Origin: an uncultured Bacilli bacterium
GTDB taxonomy: Bacteria; Bacillota_I; Bacilli_A; RF39; UBA660
NCBI GenBank assembly: GCA_947630435.1
Contig: CANRHO010000001.1
Coordinates: 1-41,855, forward strand
DNA length: 41,855 bases
Reading direction: 5' to 3'
Positions 1 to 8,537 of the stretch are shown here, piece by piece; positions within the stretch are counted from its first letter, which is position 1, and each line of letters opens with the position of its first letter. The position numbers and the translations under genes are program-made. A model generated the notes under the pieces. It saw nothing but the letters and a program-made list of their open reading frames with translations, had not been told where the DNA came from and made no database searches.

Positions 1-42
1 AAAGATGAATTTATAAACTTAGTAAATGATTTAATTAAATAA
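1..42 (+). CDS. 3' end of an unidentified upstream gene (partial, last 13 codons ...KDEFINLVNDLIK, TAA at 40-42)
   Basis: Frame is open from the window edge to TAA at 40-42 and is followed directly by a perfect hairpin. Too short to identify. Confidence 0.3.
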   Translation, partial: KDEFINLVNDLIK

Positions 43-64
43 AGGTTATCAATTGATAACCTTT
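41..64. terminator. Bidirectional rho-independent terminator between convergent genes
   Basis: Perfect inverted repeat AAAGGTTATC AATT GATAACCTTT at 41-64, flanked by A/T runs. It sits between the stop of the + strand gene (40-42) and the stop of deoD (63-65). Confidence 0.6.
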
Positions 65-791
65 ATTTAATTATTGCCTCTAACGCTAATTTTATCATAT
101 CATTTAAAGCGGTTTTTCTATCTTCGTTTGATACAACTTCTTTAATATACGGTGAATCAGTAACGGACAAAAGAATTGCTGCATCTCTTTTAAATTTTTT
201 AGCTGTTAGTAAAACCGCATACCCTTCCATTTCTTCCGCAATTATATTTATATCTTTAGGAACCCTCTTATATATTCCTTTTTCATCACCATACGGACCA
301 AATACAGAAGTAGTATTAGTAGTTCCTATCTTAATTGGTATGTTTAGTTTCTTTGATTCATCAGCAATTATCTTATTTAATTTTTTTGATGGTAAGACAA
401 CTGATATATCCTTATTTATAAATTGTTTCCCATAATCGGTCTCACTATAAACCGAGTTCGCTAAAACAACGTCCAATAACTTTAAATCTTTAGATACGGC
501 TCCACAAGTTCCTATTCTAATTATTTTTTTTACACCAAAATAGTACAATAATTCAAACACATATATTCCTGCTGAAGAAGCGCCCATACCAGATGGTACA
601 ACACTTACTTTTTTCCCCTTATAAGTTCCAGTATATGCATTCATATTACGAACGGTGTTTACTAGTTTTACATCACTTAAGAAATTATCAGCAATATATT
701 TAGCACGAAGTGGATCACCTGGTAATAATACTAATGGTGCAATATCTTCTTTTTTAGCTTCTATATGAATTGGTTTTTTTTGTGGTTTCAT
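63..791 (-). CDS. deoD: Purine nucleoside phosphorylase, DeoD type
   Basis: 242 aa. PLVLLPGDPLRAKYIADNFL, YTGTYKGKKVSV..SGMG and IIRIGTCGA strongly resemble DeoD-family PNP/uridine phosphorylase. GGAGG RBS precedes ATG at 791. Confidence 0.85.
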   Translation of the reverse strand: MKPQKKPIHIEAKKEDIAPLVLLPGDPLRAKYIADNFLSDVKLVNTVRNMNAYTGTYKGKKVSVVPSGMGASSAGIYVFELLYYFGVKKIIRIGTCGAVSKDLKLLDVVLANSVYSETDYGKQFINKDISVVLPSKKLNKIIADESKKLNIPIKIGTTNTTSVFGPYGDEKGIYKRVPKDINIIAEEMEGYAVLLTAKKFKRDAAILLSVTDSPYIKEVVSNEDRKTALNDMIKLALEAIIK

Positions 792-811
792 TTAATACCT
801 CCATTATTTTT

Positions 812-839
812 AGTATAACACGCTTAACACAAAAGATAA
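812..839 (-). promoter_or_regulatory. Candidate sigma-A promoter for deoD (extended -10)
   Basis: Minus strand reads TTATCT (839-834), 16-nt spacer, TGT-TATACT (-10 at 817-812, TG at 820-819), about 20 nt upstream of the deoD ATG. Confidence 0.35.
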
Positions 840-896
840 ATAATTAGTTTGTTAATTTTTTATTTATTTAATCCTTTTCCCAATATAAAAATAAAT

Positions 897-912
897 AGCA
901 CTTTTCAGTACT
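897..912 (-). terminator. Weak candidate terminator after recA
   Basis: Minus strand AGTACT-GAAA-AGTGCT (6-bp stem with one G.U) overlaps the recA TAG stop and is followed by ATTTATTTTTAT. The short stem makes this weak. Confidence 0.3.
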
Positions 913-1933
913 ACTTATTTTCATTTTTACAGTCTTTTTTTAATATCCCGTGGCTTTCTCGCACTTTGCTTTCTATTTCTTGTGCTATTTTTGGATTATC
1001 CTTTAAAAATGCCTTAGCATTTTCTTTTCCTTGTCCAATTTTTTCTCCTTTATAAGCATACCAAGCACCGCTTTTATCAACAATACCAATTTCAGATGCT
1101 AAATCAAGAATTTCTGCTTCTTTTGAAACACCTTGCCCATACATTATTTCAACAGTAGCAGTTTTAAATGGTGGAGCAACTTTATTTTTTACTACCTTAA
1201 TGTTAGTTTTATTACCTATTACGTTGTCTCCGTTTTTTATTTGTTCTCCACGTCTTACGTCTAGTCTTATTGTCGAATAAAACTTAAGAGCTCTACCACC
1301 AGTTGTTGTCTCTGGATTTCCAAATAATACTCCTACTTTTTCTCTTAATTGATTAATAAATATTACTATCGTATTTGTTTTATTAATCGTGCCCGATAAT
1401 TTTCTTAATGCTTGACTCATTAACCTTGCTTGAAGTCCAACGTGAGAATCACCCATTTCTCCTTCGATTTCAGCTTGGGGAACTAATGCTGCTACCGAAT
1501 CGATTACAACTATGCTTATAGCTTCACTTCTAACTAATGCATCACATATTTCTAATGCTTGTTCTCCTGTGTCAGGTTGTGATAATAATAATTCGTTAAT
1601 ATCAACACCTAAGTTTTTAGCATAAACTGGATCTAATGCATGTTCCGCGTCAATAAATGCTGCCTTACCACCTTGCTTTTGTACTTCCGCTATCGCGTGT
1701 AATGCAAAGGTTGTTTTACCAGACGATTCAGGCCCATAAATTTCAATTATCCTTCCCTTTGGAAAGCCACCTACACCAGTTGCTATATCAAGTGTTAAAG
1801 AACCAGTTGATGATACGTCTATTTCGTTATGAGTCTCATCTCCTAACTTCATTATTGACCCCTTTCCAAACTGTTTTTCTATATCCGCAAGAACTTGTTC
1901 TAGTGTTTTATCGTTTTCTACTTTTTTTACCAT
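911..1933 (-). CDS. recA: Recombinase RecA
   Basis: 340 aa. Walker [19 protein letters not shown] and [25 protein letters not shown] are canonical RecA sequence. AGGAGG RBS upstream. Confidence 0.97.
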   Translation of the reverse strand: MVKKVENDKTLEQVLADIEKQFGKGSIMKLGDETHNEIDVSSTGSLTLDIATGVGGFPKGRIIEIYGPESSGKTTFALHAIAEVQKQGGKAAFIDAEHALDPVYAKNLGVDINELLLSQPDTGEQALEICDALVRSEAISIVVIDSVAALVPQAEIEGEMGDSHVGLQARLMSQALRKLSGTINKTNTIVIFINQLREKVGVLFGNPETTTGGRALKFYSTIRLDVRRGEQIKNGDNVIGNKTNIKVVKNKVAPPFKTATVEIMYGQGVSKEAEILDLASEIGIVDKSGAWYAYKGEKIGQGKENAKAFLKDNPKIAQEIESKVRESHGILKKDCKNENK

Positions 1934-1964
1934 TTAAATCCTCCTAATTAACAATTACAATAAT

Positions 1965-1993
1965 ATTATAATGCATAAAAAAAGAAAAATCAA
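1965..1993 (-). promoter_or_regulatory. Candidate sigma-A promoter for recA
   Basis: Minus strand reads TTGATT (1993-1988), 17-nt spacer, TATAAT (1970-1965), about 30 nt upstream of the recA ATG. Confidence 0.5.
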
Positions 1994-2070
1994 GCCTTTT
2001 TTCGAACATTTGTATGAACGTTTGCTATATGATTTTTCTTCAAAAATTCATTTATTGCTATGCAAAAAAT

Positions 2071-2700
2071 CTATTTTTCTAACTTTATTTCTTCTATTTC
2101 TTTATTTTCGTTTTTCGAAAAAATAACTTCTTTATTCATGACATAATACTGTATACCTGAAATAATAGAAAATACCGTTGCTAAAACAAGTAAGAAATTA
2201 GCTACATCTAAATTAAATAATTCAAATGGTAAGTTATAACATAAAGTTAAAATTATTCCTAACATTAAGAACGTAGTCTTTACTTTTCCTGTTTTTATTG
2301 CTGCGACAACCTTTCCTTTACTTCCCGCAAGCATTTTTATAGTATCTACAACCGTATCTCTAAATACAATAATAACAGTTATAACAGGAGATACCATTCC
2401 CTGAGCAGTTAAAATTATTAGGGTTGAATTAACTAACATTTTATCAGCTATTGCATCGGTCATTTTGCCAAAATCAGTTACCATGTTATGACTTCTTGCA
2501 ATATGTCCGTCAAGTGCATCAGTAACAGATGCTATTGCAAAAATTCCCGCCGCAATGAAATATTTAACGTCAACTGTTATAGTACCTAACAAAAATTTAG
2601 GAAATTCTACGTTTACCATGTAAAACGGAAATAACAAAAGCACTATTAACATAACTGTTAAAAAAATTCTTATCATAGTTATTCTATTAGCTAAATTCAT
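2071..2700 (-). CDS. pgsA: CDP-diacylglycerol--glycerol-3-phosphate 3-phosphatidyltransferase
   Basis: 209 aa polytopic protein with the CDP-alcohol phosphatidyltransferase motif DALDGHIARSHNMVTDFGKMTDAIADK. Sits between the rodZ-like gene and recA, as in B. subtilis. Confidence 0.9.
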   Translation of the reverse strand: MNLANRITMIRIFLTVMLIVLLLFPFYMVNVEFPKFLLGTITVDVKYFIAAGIFAIASVTDALDGHIARSHNMVTDFGKMTDAIADKMLVNSTLIILTAQGMVSPVITVIIVFRDTVVDTIKMLAGSKGKVVAAIKTGKVKTTFLMLGIILTLCYNLPFELFNLDVANFLLVLATVFSIISGIQYYVMNKEVIFSKNENKEIEEIKLEK

Positions 2701-2711
2701 ACTATCACCTC

Positions 2712-3191
2712 TTAGTTTTGTAAATAAGTTATATCATTTTGATCTTTATTAGTTGGATTAATATATTCGGTTATAACTATATAACCAATTAAGAAAATTA
2801 ATAATAATATAATCAAAGTCACAATTATAGGAATAATTTTAGACCTGGGTTTTTCTTCCATAGTATAAGGAGATACTACCTTTTGCTCGGCCTTTTTTTC
2901 TTTTTCTTTTTCCTTGCTAGCTTTTTCTATCTCATCAATTGGTATTTTTGAAGTTTCTTCAAAAAAATATTCATTAAAGTCATCCATTATTCTTTCTTCA
3001 TCTAATCCTAAGTATTTTGCATAACCTCTAATAAAAGACTTTAGATAAAATACATCTTTAAATACTTTTAAATTACCAGATTCAATATTTTCAATTTGCG
3101 AAGCCCTTAAGTTAAGATCTTCAGCTGCTTCTTCAATTGATACCCCTTGTTGTTGTCTTGCAGCTTTTAACTCCTCGCCTATTTTCTTCAA
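2712..3191 (-). CDS. rodZ: RodZ-like cytoskeleton protein (XRE-type HTH + single TM)
   Basis: 159 aa. N-terminal HTH (LKAARQQQGVSIEEAAEDLNLRASQIENIESG), then FIRGYAKYLGLD, a charged linker and one TM helix. TTG start at 3191 with AAGGAG RBS. Directly upstream of pgsA, like ymfM/rodZ in B. subtilis. Confidence 0.7.
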   Translation of the reverse strand: MKKIGEELKAARQQQGVSIEEAAEDLNLRASQIENIESGNLKVFKDVFYLKSFIRGYAKYLGLDEERIMDDFNEYFFEETSKIPIDEIEKASKEKEKEKKAEQKVVSPYTMEEKPRSKIIPIIVTLIILLLIFLIGYIVITEYINPTNKDQNDITYLQN

Positions 3192-3212
3192 CTTAGTTCA
3201 CTCCTTTATTAA

Positions 3213-3580
3213 AATAATGGTTTTAATAAGCCACGTTCTGTACCAATTGCTTGGTTCGTAAACATTTATCTATGCACAAAAGCATCCCTTAATCCGTTCA
3301 TTTCCTTCATAAGGGTTCCCCTACCAAATTTGGGTTTCTCACTCATGGGGTTTACCGCGTTCCACTTTTTTAGTTTCCTAAAAAAATCGTCACTATGGCA
3401 CTTTATGCCTAATGTAACCATATCAAAAAACTTAGGTTATCTCGGCGCCGTTAGGATAATACCTACCGAAGGTTATTTTTTCCCTTCGCATGAACACTAC
3501 GACCTAATCTCAGGAATCGTGTGAGCGTGGACTTTCCTCTACTAATATAACTTAGCAGCGTTTACGTAAAAACCATTATT
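3213..3580 (-). ncRNA. rnpB: RNase P RNA, type B (Bacillus-type)
   Basis: The minus strand contains universally conserved RNase P RNA blocks: GAGGAAAGTCCACGCTCACACG, AAAGTGCCATAGTGACG, GTGGAACGCGGTAAACCCCATGAGTGAGAAACCCAAAT and GGTACAGAACGTGGCTTAT. These nearly match the B. subtilis rnpB as I recall it. P1 is a perfect 12-bp pairing of AATAATGGTTTT (3580-3569) with AAAACCATTATT (3224-3213). End coordinates are +/- a few nt. Confidence 0.93.
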
Positions 3581-3899
3581 CATCTTTATCATATATATAT
3601 TTTTCCAGCTGTGATAAACGTCTTAATATATCTACGTTAGTGATTTCTTTCTCACTTTTTTTAACAATATCAATGTTTGCCTTTAAATTTCTAAGTTCAT
3701 GCTTAAGATCTAAATTTTCCCTTGCAAGTTCCTTATTTTCTGCACGAAGTTCTTTTACTATGTTAACAAACTCAACATAATCTTTTATTATTTGATCAAG
3801 ATACTTATCTACTTCTTGAAGCCTATATCCTCTTGTATCAATTTTAAATTCCTTATCAAAAATATCTTGTGGAGTTAAGGCAATTCTTCCATTAAACAT
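3576..3899 (-). CDS. gpsB: Cell-cycle/divisome protein GpsB (DivIVA-domain)
   Basis: 107 aa. LTPQDIFDKEFKIDTRGYRLQEVDKYLDQIIKDY (DivIVA N-domain), a coiled coil, and a C-terminal NVDILRRLSQLEKYIY typical of GpsB. Confidence 0.85.
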   Translation of the reverse strand: MFNGRIALTPQDIFDKEFKIDTRGYRLQEVDKYLDQIIKDYVEFVNIVKELRAENKELARENLDLKHELRNLKANIDIVKKSEKEITNVDILRRLSQLEKYIYDKDE

Positions 3900-3922
3900 T
3901 ATTTACCACCTCTGTAGTTTCC

Positions 3923-3951
3923 ATTATCGCAATTTTTTATTCATTTGTCAA
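3923..3951 (-). promoter_or_regulatory. Candidate sigma-A promoter for gpsB
   Basis: Minus strand reads a perfect TTGACA (3951-3946), 17-nt spacer, GATAAT (3928-3923), about 24 nt upstream of the ATG at 3899. Confidence 0.55.
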
Positions 3952-3982
3952 TTTACATTTATTTTCAACTAGTTAACATTTA

Positions 3983-4255
3983 TTAATTTTTGCTTATACG
4001 CATAAGACACTTTATTAAGTCATATGATGAAACAGAAAAACTGAACGTTACAAACCCCACAAAAAAGCTTTCAAAACTAACACCAAAAAACACGAAATTA
4101 ATGATAACGCTAACTGGTAATAGTATCCAAACAATATATTTCCCAGGAATGTTAAACGTCAACTTTATCGTGTTTCCTAAAATGTTTAAAACTATCCACA
4201 CACAAAAAATATGTGGTAATAAAATATATAAATTTTTTATTTCTTCCAATTTCAA
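3983..4255 (-). CDS. Small 3-TM membrane protein, holin-like (tentative)
   Basis: 90 aa with a TTG start and three hydrophobic helices. The pattern ILG..IK(5)IPGK.I..ILP(14)G.S...(Y)D..K resembles small phage holin families. The call rests on memory of that pattern only. Confidence 0.4.
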   Translation of the reverse strand: MKLEEIKNLYILLPHIFCVWIVLNILGNTIKLTFNIPGKYIVWILLPVSVIINFVFFGVSFESFFVGFVTFSFSVSSYDLIKCLMRISKN

Positions 4256-4259
4256 TCAC

Positions 4260-4358
4260 CTAATTAATCCTATGATTAATTATTAAATTTTCTTCCAATT
4301 TTACTACCTCATCTATTAGATCATCAATCAAAACTAAAATCAAAGTAAAATCTCTCAT
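4260..4358 (-). CDS. 32-aa micro-ORF upstream of the holin-like gene
   Basis: ATG at 4358 follows a strong AAGGAGGA RBS at correct spacing. Product is MRDFTLILVLIDDLIDEVVKLEENLIINHRIN. The stop is 4 nt before the TTG start of the downstream membrane protein. Not in the ORF track because it is too short. Confidence 0.4.
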   Translation of the reverse strand: MRDFTLILVLIDDLIDEVVKLEENLIINHRIN

Positions 4359-4476
4359 GGCGTCCTCCTTTTAAATAATATCACACAATAAAACTTTTTT
4401 ATTTTTTTCGACAATTCTTTTCATTATTTTATATAAAAACAAAATTATTTGTAGTATAATTATTAAAGGTGATTAC

Positions 4477-5097
4477 ATGATTAAAGAAAGCACGTTTGCA
4501 AAATTTAATAAAATAAAATCAAACGACTTTAAAACTGATTTTGCAAATCGTGGTATGGGACTTGAAAACGACATTAATTTAGCTAATAATTATTATAGAA
4601 TTAATGATATAGCATATGTATATAAAAAACCAACACCAATAAAATTAGTTGATGTCGATTATAAAAAAGGCATTATAAAAAAAGCTTATTTCGAAACCCC
4701 ATCGACAACTGATTATAATGGTATATATAATGGTAAATACATTGATTTTGAGGCTAAAGAAACAACTAGTAAAACCTCTTTTTCACTTTCAAATATACAT
4801 AAACACCAAATAAATCACTTGATAAACGTTAAAAACAAAGGAGCGATATCATTTATAATAGTAAGATTCACAACTTTAGGCGAAACATATTACCTAAGCA
4901 CTGAAAACTTAGAATGTTTTATCAAAAATAATGAAAGAAAATCAATTCCGGTTACTTTTTTTAGAGAATATGGTACAATGATTAAAATAAAGTATAGTCC
5001 AAGAATAGACTATATAGAAATAATTAATAAATTATATTTTGGAGGTAATAATTATGATGAAAAAAAGAAGCAAAACTGCCAACAAACTTGCAAGTAA
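4477..5097 (+). CDS. recU: Holliday junction resolvase RecU
   Basis: 206 aa. NRGMGLENDIN..N.YY, KKPTPIK and STTDYNGIY.GKYIDFEAKET match RecU. AAAGGTGA RBS. Directly upstream of and overlapping ponA, as in B. subtilis. Confidence 0.9.
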   Translation: MIKESTFAKFNKIKSNDFKTDFANRGMGLENDINLANNYYRINDIAYVYKKPTPIKLVDVDYKKGIIKKAYFETPSTTDYNGIYNGKYIDFEAKETTSKTSFSLSNIHKHQINHLINVKNKGAISFIIVRFTTLGETYYLSTENLECFIKNNERKSIPVTFFREYGTMIKIKYSPRIDYIEIINKLYFGGNNYDEKKKQNCQQTCK

Positions 5098-7801
5098 AAT
5101 TAAAAGTAAAACAAATGTTGTTAAGAAAAAAGCATCCTCGTATGCATCTAAAAATAAAAACAAAAATATAAGTAAGAAAAAAAGAATTATACTAAACGCT
5201 TTATTAACGTGTGTGATTTTCTTTGTTGCGGTTATGGTGATTTTCTTTTCGTACATCATTATAAAAGCCCCTAAATTTAATCCTGATAATTTAAAATTCA
5301 CACAAATGTCAGAAATATATGATAGTAATGGAAATTTAATGACAAAAATGGGTAATGAAAACCGAACCGAAATAACTTATGACGATTTACCTGAAGTTTT
5401 AATTGACGCAATAATAGCAACTGAAGACGCGAGGTTTTTTCAACATAACGGTTTTGACCTACCAAGGTTTGTTAAAGCTGGTATAGGTCAGGTATTTGGT
5501 AAAAACTCAGGAGGAGCTTCTACCTTAACGATGCAAATTGTTAAAAATAACTATACGTCAACTGTATCAACTGGTTTTGAAGGTATAGTAAGAAAATTTA
5601 CTGATATTTATATTTCTGTATTTAAAGTTGAAAGAAAATACACAAAAAAAGAGATAATAGAATTTTATGTAAACGATTCTTATTTAGGTAATGGTGCATA
5701 CGGAGTTGAACAAGCATCACTAAACTATTTCGGTAAATCAGTTGGAGAACTTAATTTGGCTGAGGCATCATTTATCGCTGGGCTTTTCCAATCTCCTACT
5801 TATTATAATCCATACAATTATCCAGAAAGAGCGGAAAAAAGAAGGCAAACCGTTTTGTATTTAATGCAAAGACATGGTTATATAACTGAAGAAGAAAAAA
5901 ACATTGCACAAGCAAACCCAATTACTTCCTATATAAAAACCACTCAAACTAATAATTCATATTCACAATACCAAGGTTATATAGATACGGTTGTAGAGGA
6001 ATTAGAAAGCGAATATGACTTAAATCCTTACACCACACCTCTTAAAATATACACAGCCATGAATAAAGAAAAGCAAGATTTTGTAAATAAAGTTATGAAT
6101 GGTGAAGCATGGAATTGGGAAAACGATGTAGTACAAGCCGGTGTTGTAATGACGGATTCTGCAACCGGAGAAGTAATGGCAGTTGGTGCCGGTAGAAATA
6201 AAAATACAGAACGCTCATTTAACTATGCTACACAAACTAATAAACAAATAGGTTCAACTGCTAAACCGATATTTGATTATGGTCCTGCGGTAGAATATCT
6301 TGGTTGGGGAACGGTAAATTACATTAATGATGCCCCACATACCTATAGTAATGGAAAATCAATTTCTAATTCAGATGGTGGCTATAAAGGAATGCTTCCT
6401 ATGTATCAAGCGCTTGGATTATCTAGAAACATAACAGCTTTAAAAACTTTCCAACAAGTTTCAAAAGAAGCTGGAAATGATAAAATATTAAAATTTGCAA
6501 CTAGTTTAGGAATTACTCCTGAGGTTGAAAACGGAAAAGTTCATGAGGCACATAGTATTGGGGCTTTTACTGGTTCTAAAAAAGAAGGCGAATCAAGGAC
6601 AAGTCCTATGACCATGGCTGGAGCTTATCAAGCTTTCTCAAATGGAGGTTATTACATTAAACCTCATACAATAAAGAAGTTCGTGTATAAAGAAACCGAT
6701 GAAGTAGTAGAATCCAAATATACAAAAACAAGAGTAATGAATGATTCAACGGCTTATATAATAAATTATGCTTTAAATTGGTCAGCAACCGAAGGTCTTG
6801 CCCGTACGGCTGCAAATATATCTGGAGTTCAAACGGCCGCTAAAACGGGTACTAGTAACTATGATTCTGCAACATTAAAAGCTCATCATATGTCAAGTAA
6901 AGCTGTTGCAGAACTTTGGGTATGCGGATATTCTCCAACGCAAACAATAACGTTCTGGTATGGATATGATGACTTAAACACAGGTCATTATAACACAACC
7001 GCAACTTGGAATATACGTGATAGGTTTTATAGAAATTTAGCTGATAATTTATTTGATAAAAATGGGGCAACGTTTGAAGTGCCATCTAGTATTGAAGCTG
7101 TACAAGTAGTAAAAAACTCCGATCCATTAAAGTTAGCAGGTCAATATACTCCTGATTCTATGAAGGTTACTGGTTACTTTAGAAAAGGAACCTCTCCAAA
7201 AGAAGTAGCTAATTCAGCTGATGATATTTTACCTAGCGTACGTAATGTCTCAAGCAAAGTATCTGGTAACACTGTAACGTTAAACTGGACCGGCTTAAAC
7301 GCGGAAGATTTGTTAAATCTTAACTTTGATGAAAGTTACGGAACATTAGGCTATGATATATACATAAAAAACGGATCAAATGGCAGTGAGATATACGTTG
7401 GAACAACAACGTCTAATTCATATACTCATACTACTAATTACTCAAATCCAGTGTATGTAATTTATACCGCTTATTCAAATTATAAAAATAACCGAAGTAA
7501 AGGGGTTTCACACCAAGTATCGGTTGTAACTGATTTTGATATAGAATTAGAAGACCTAGAAATAAAAGAGGGAGATAGTTTTGACATTAAAAACAGTATA
7601 ATGGTTTTTTATAACTCTGTTGATGTAACAGATGATTGTACGATTACGGTATCTCCGGATCCTAGTACAATTATTAACAAACCAGGCGTTCATATTTTAA
7701 CATATACAATCACATATGCTGGTAAAACTAAAACTGCAACCAGAAAGGTTACGGTTACAGGAAAAACCACATCAGGAAGTGAACCATCTGAAAATCCATA
7801 A
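5054..7801 (+). CDS. ponA: Bifunctional class A penicillin-binding protein (PBP1A) with C-terminal FN3-like and Ig-like domains
   Basis: GT51 motifs (EDARFFQHNGFD, GASTLTMQ) and transpeptidase motifs (STAKP, SRN, KTGT). Start is moved to ATG 5054, 7 nt after a GGAGG, rather than the track's TTG at 5039. The C-terminal roughly 190 aa forms an FN3-like domain (about 7229-7531) plus an Ig-like domain (about 7532-7780). Confidence 0.92.
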   Translation: MMKKRSKTANKLASKIKSKTNVVKKKASSYASKNKNKNISKKKRIILNALLTCVIFFVAVMVIFFSYIIIKAPKFNPDNLKFTQMSEIYDSNGNLMTKMGNENRTEITYDDLPEVLIDAIIATEDARFFQHNGFDLPRFVKAGIGQVFGKNSGGASTLTMQIVKNNYTSTVSTGFEGIVRKFTDIYISVFKVERKYTKKEIIEFYVNDSYLGNGAYGVEQASLNYFGKSVGELNLAEASFIAGLFQSPTYYNPYNYPERAEKRRQTVLYLMQRHGYITEEEKNIAQANPITSYIKTTQTNNSYSQYQGYIDTVVEELESEYDLNPYTTPLKIYTAMNKEKQDFVNKVMNGEAWNWENDVVQAGVVMTDSATGEVMAVGAGRNKNTERSFNYATQTNKQIGSTAKPIFDYGPAVEYLGWGTVNYINDAPHTYSNGKSISNSDGGYKGMLPMYQALGLSRNITALKTFQQVSKEAGNDKILKFATSLGITPEVENGKVHEAHSIGAFTGSKKEGESRTSPMTMAGAYQAFSNGGYYIKPHTIKKFVYKETDEVVESKYTKTRVMNDSTAYIINYALNWSATEGLARTAANISGVQTAAKTGTSNYDSATLKAHHMSSKAVAELWVCGYSPTQTITFWYGYDDLNTGHYNTTATWNIRDRFYRNLADNLFDKNGATFEVPSSIEAVQVVKNSDPLKLAGQYTPDSMKVTGYFRKGTSPKEVANSADDILPSVRNVSSKVSGNTVTLNWTGLNAEDLLNLNFDESYGTLGYDIYIKNGSNGSEIYVGTTTSNSYTHTTNYSNPVYVIYTAYSNYKNNRSKGVSHQVSVVTDFDIELEDLEIKEGDSFDIKNSIMVFYNSVDVTDDCTITVSPDPSTIINKPGVHILTYTITYAGKTKTATRKVTVTGKTTSGSEPSENP

Positions 7802-7823
7802 AGGTACTTAAGTACCTTTTTTT
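7801..7823 (+). terminator. Rho-independent terminator of recU-ponA
   Basis: AAGGTAC-TTAA-GTACCTT hairpin starts at the last base of the stop codon and is followed by T7. Confidence 0.75.
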
Positions 7824-7844
7824 ATTGCAAAAAAAAAGACCATC

Positions 7845-8492
7845 CTAGTCTTCGTTTAACCAATCGTATTCGTAAGTTATCTCTTCTTTTTGATCTTCTT
7901 CTTTCTTTATTTTTGACGTTATATCATTTGGAGTTTTAATTCCTTTTTTATTCCACTCATAAAGAATCTTATCTATGTATCTTAGGTTATTAACCCCATT
8001 AAATACCGCTTCTTTTAGAGCTGATAAAATAAGTTCATTGCTTATTCCTTTTTCTAACCAATCACTTATTATTTCATATTCCATAGGAGATAAAGTCCTT
8101 CCAAATTCTTTCTCAAATTCATCATATAAATCTTTTTCTTTATTTTCTTTTTTCTGTTTATTTAGCATTTTAGAAAAAATAATTTCATAAAATAAGCTTA
8201 TGTCTATTTTTTCTTCTAGAACACCTGATTCATTCTTTTCCATTAAAATAAGTAATATATTTTTATCTTTCAATAAAGATATTGCGCTTAATAACTCTTT
8301 TTCGGTAAAATTTATATCATCAATTATTTTTTTATAATCAAATATCATTTTATTAGGTTTATTTAACAAATATATAAGTAAAATAAATGAGTCCATGTCT
8401 AAACCAAGTTCTTTAGCATATGATAACACATATTTAGAAATAGTATAATGATTCTCATTATTTAATTGTTCTAAAAAATCTTTCTTATTCAT
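7845..8492 (-). CDS. dnaD: Replication initiation/primosomal protein DnaD
   Basis: 215 aa. N-terminal wHTH-like region and a C-terminal DnaB_2/DnaD domain (FEKEFGRTLSPMEYEIISDWLE...ILSALKEAV..GVNNLRYIDKILYEWNKKGI). Confidence 0.75.
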   Translation of the reverse strand: MNKKDFLEQLNNENHYTISKYVLSYAKELGLDMDSFILLIYLLNKPNKMIFDYKKIIDDINFTEKELLSAISLLKDKNILLILMEKNESGVLEEKIDISLFYEIIFSKMLNKQKKENKEKDLYDEFEKEFGRTLSPMEYEIISDWLEKGISNELILSALKEAVFNGVNNLRYIDKILYEWNKKGIKTPNDITSKIKKEEDQKEEITYEYDWLNED

Positions 8493-8537
8493 GACATCAC
8501 ATCCTAATCAAATTATAACATATTACTTAGATAAGTA

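Noticed and set aside
2003-2016. Possible LexA/Cheo box (CGAACATTTGTATG) 9 nt upstream of the recA -35
   Set aside because: Only one half-site (CGAAC) is intact. The other half (GTATG versus GTTCG) is degenerate, giving about 11/14 matches to CGAACRNRYGTTCG. The position is plausible, but I cannot support it as a real operator without a genome-wide motif model.
3330-3524. 64-aa + strand ORF from the six-frame track
   Set aside because: It lies entirely inside, and antisense to, the RNase P RNA gene, whose conserved blocks explain the region. It has no RBS.
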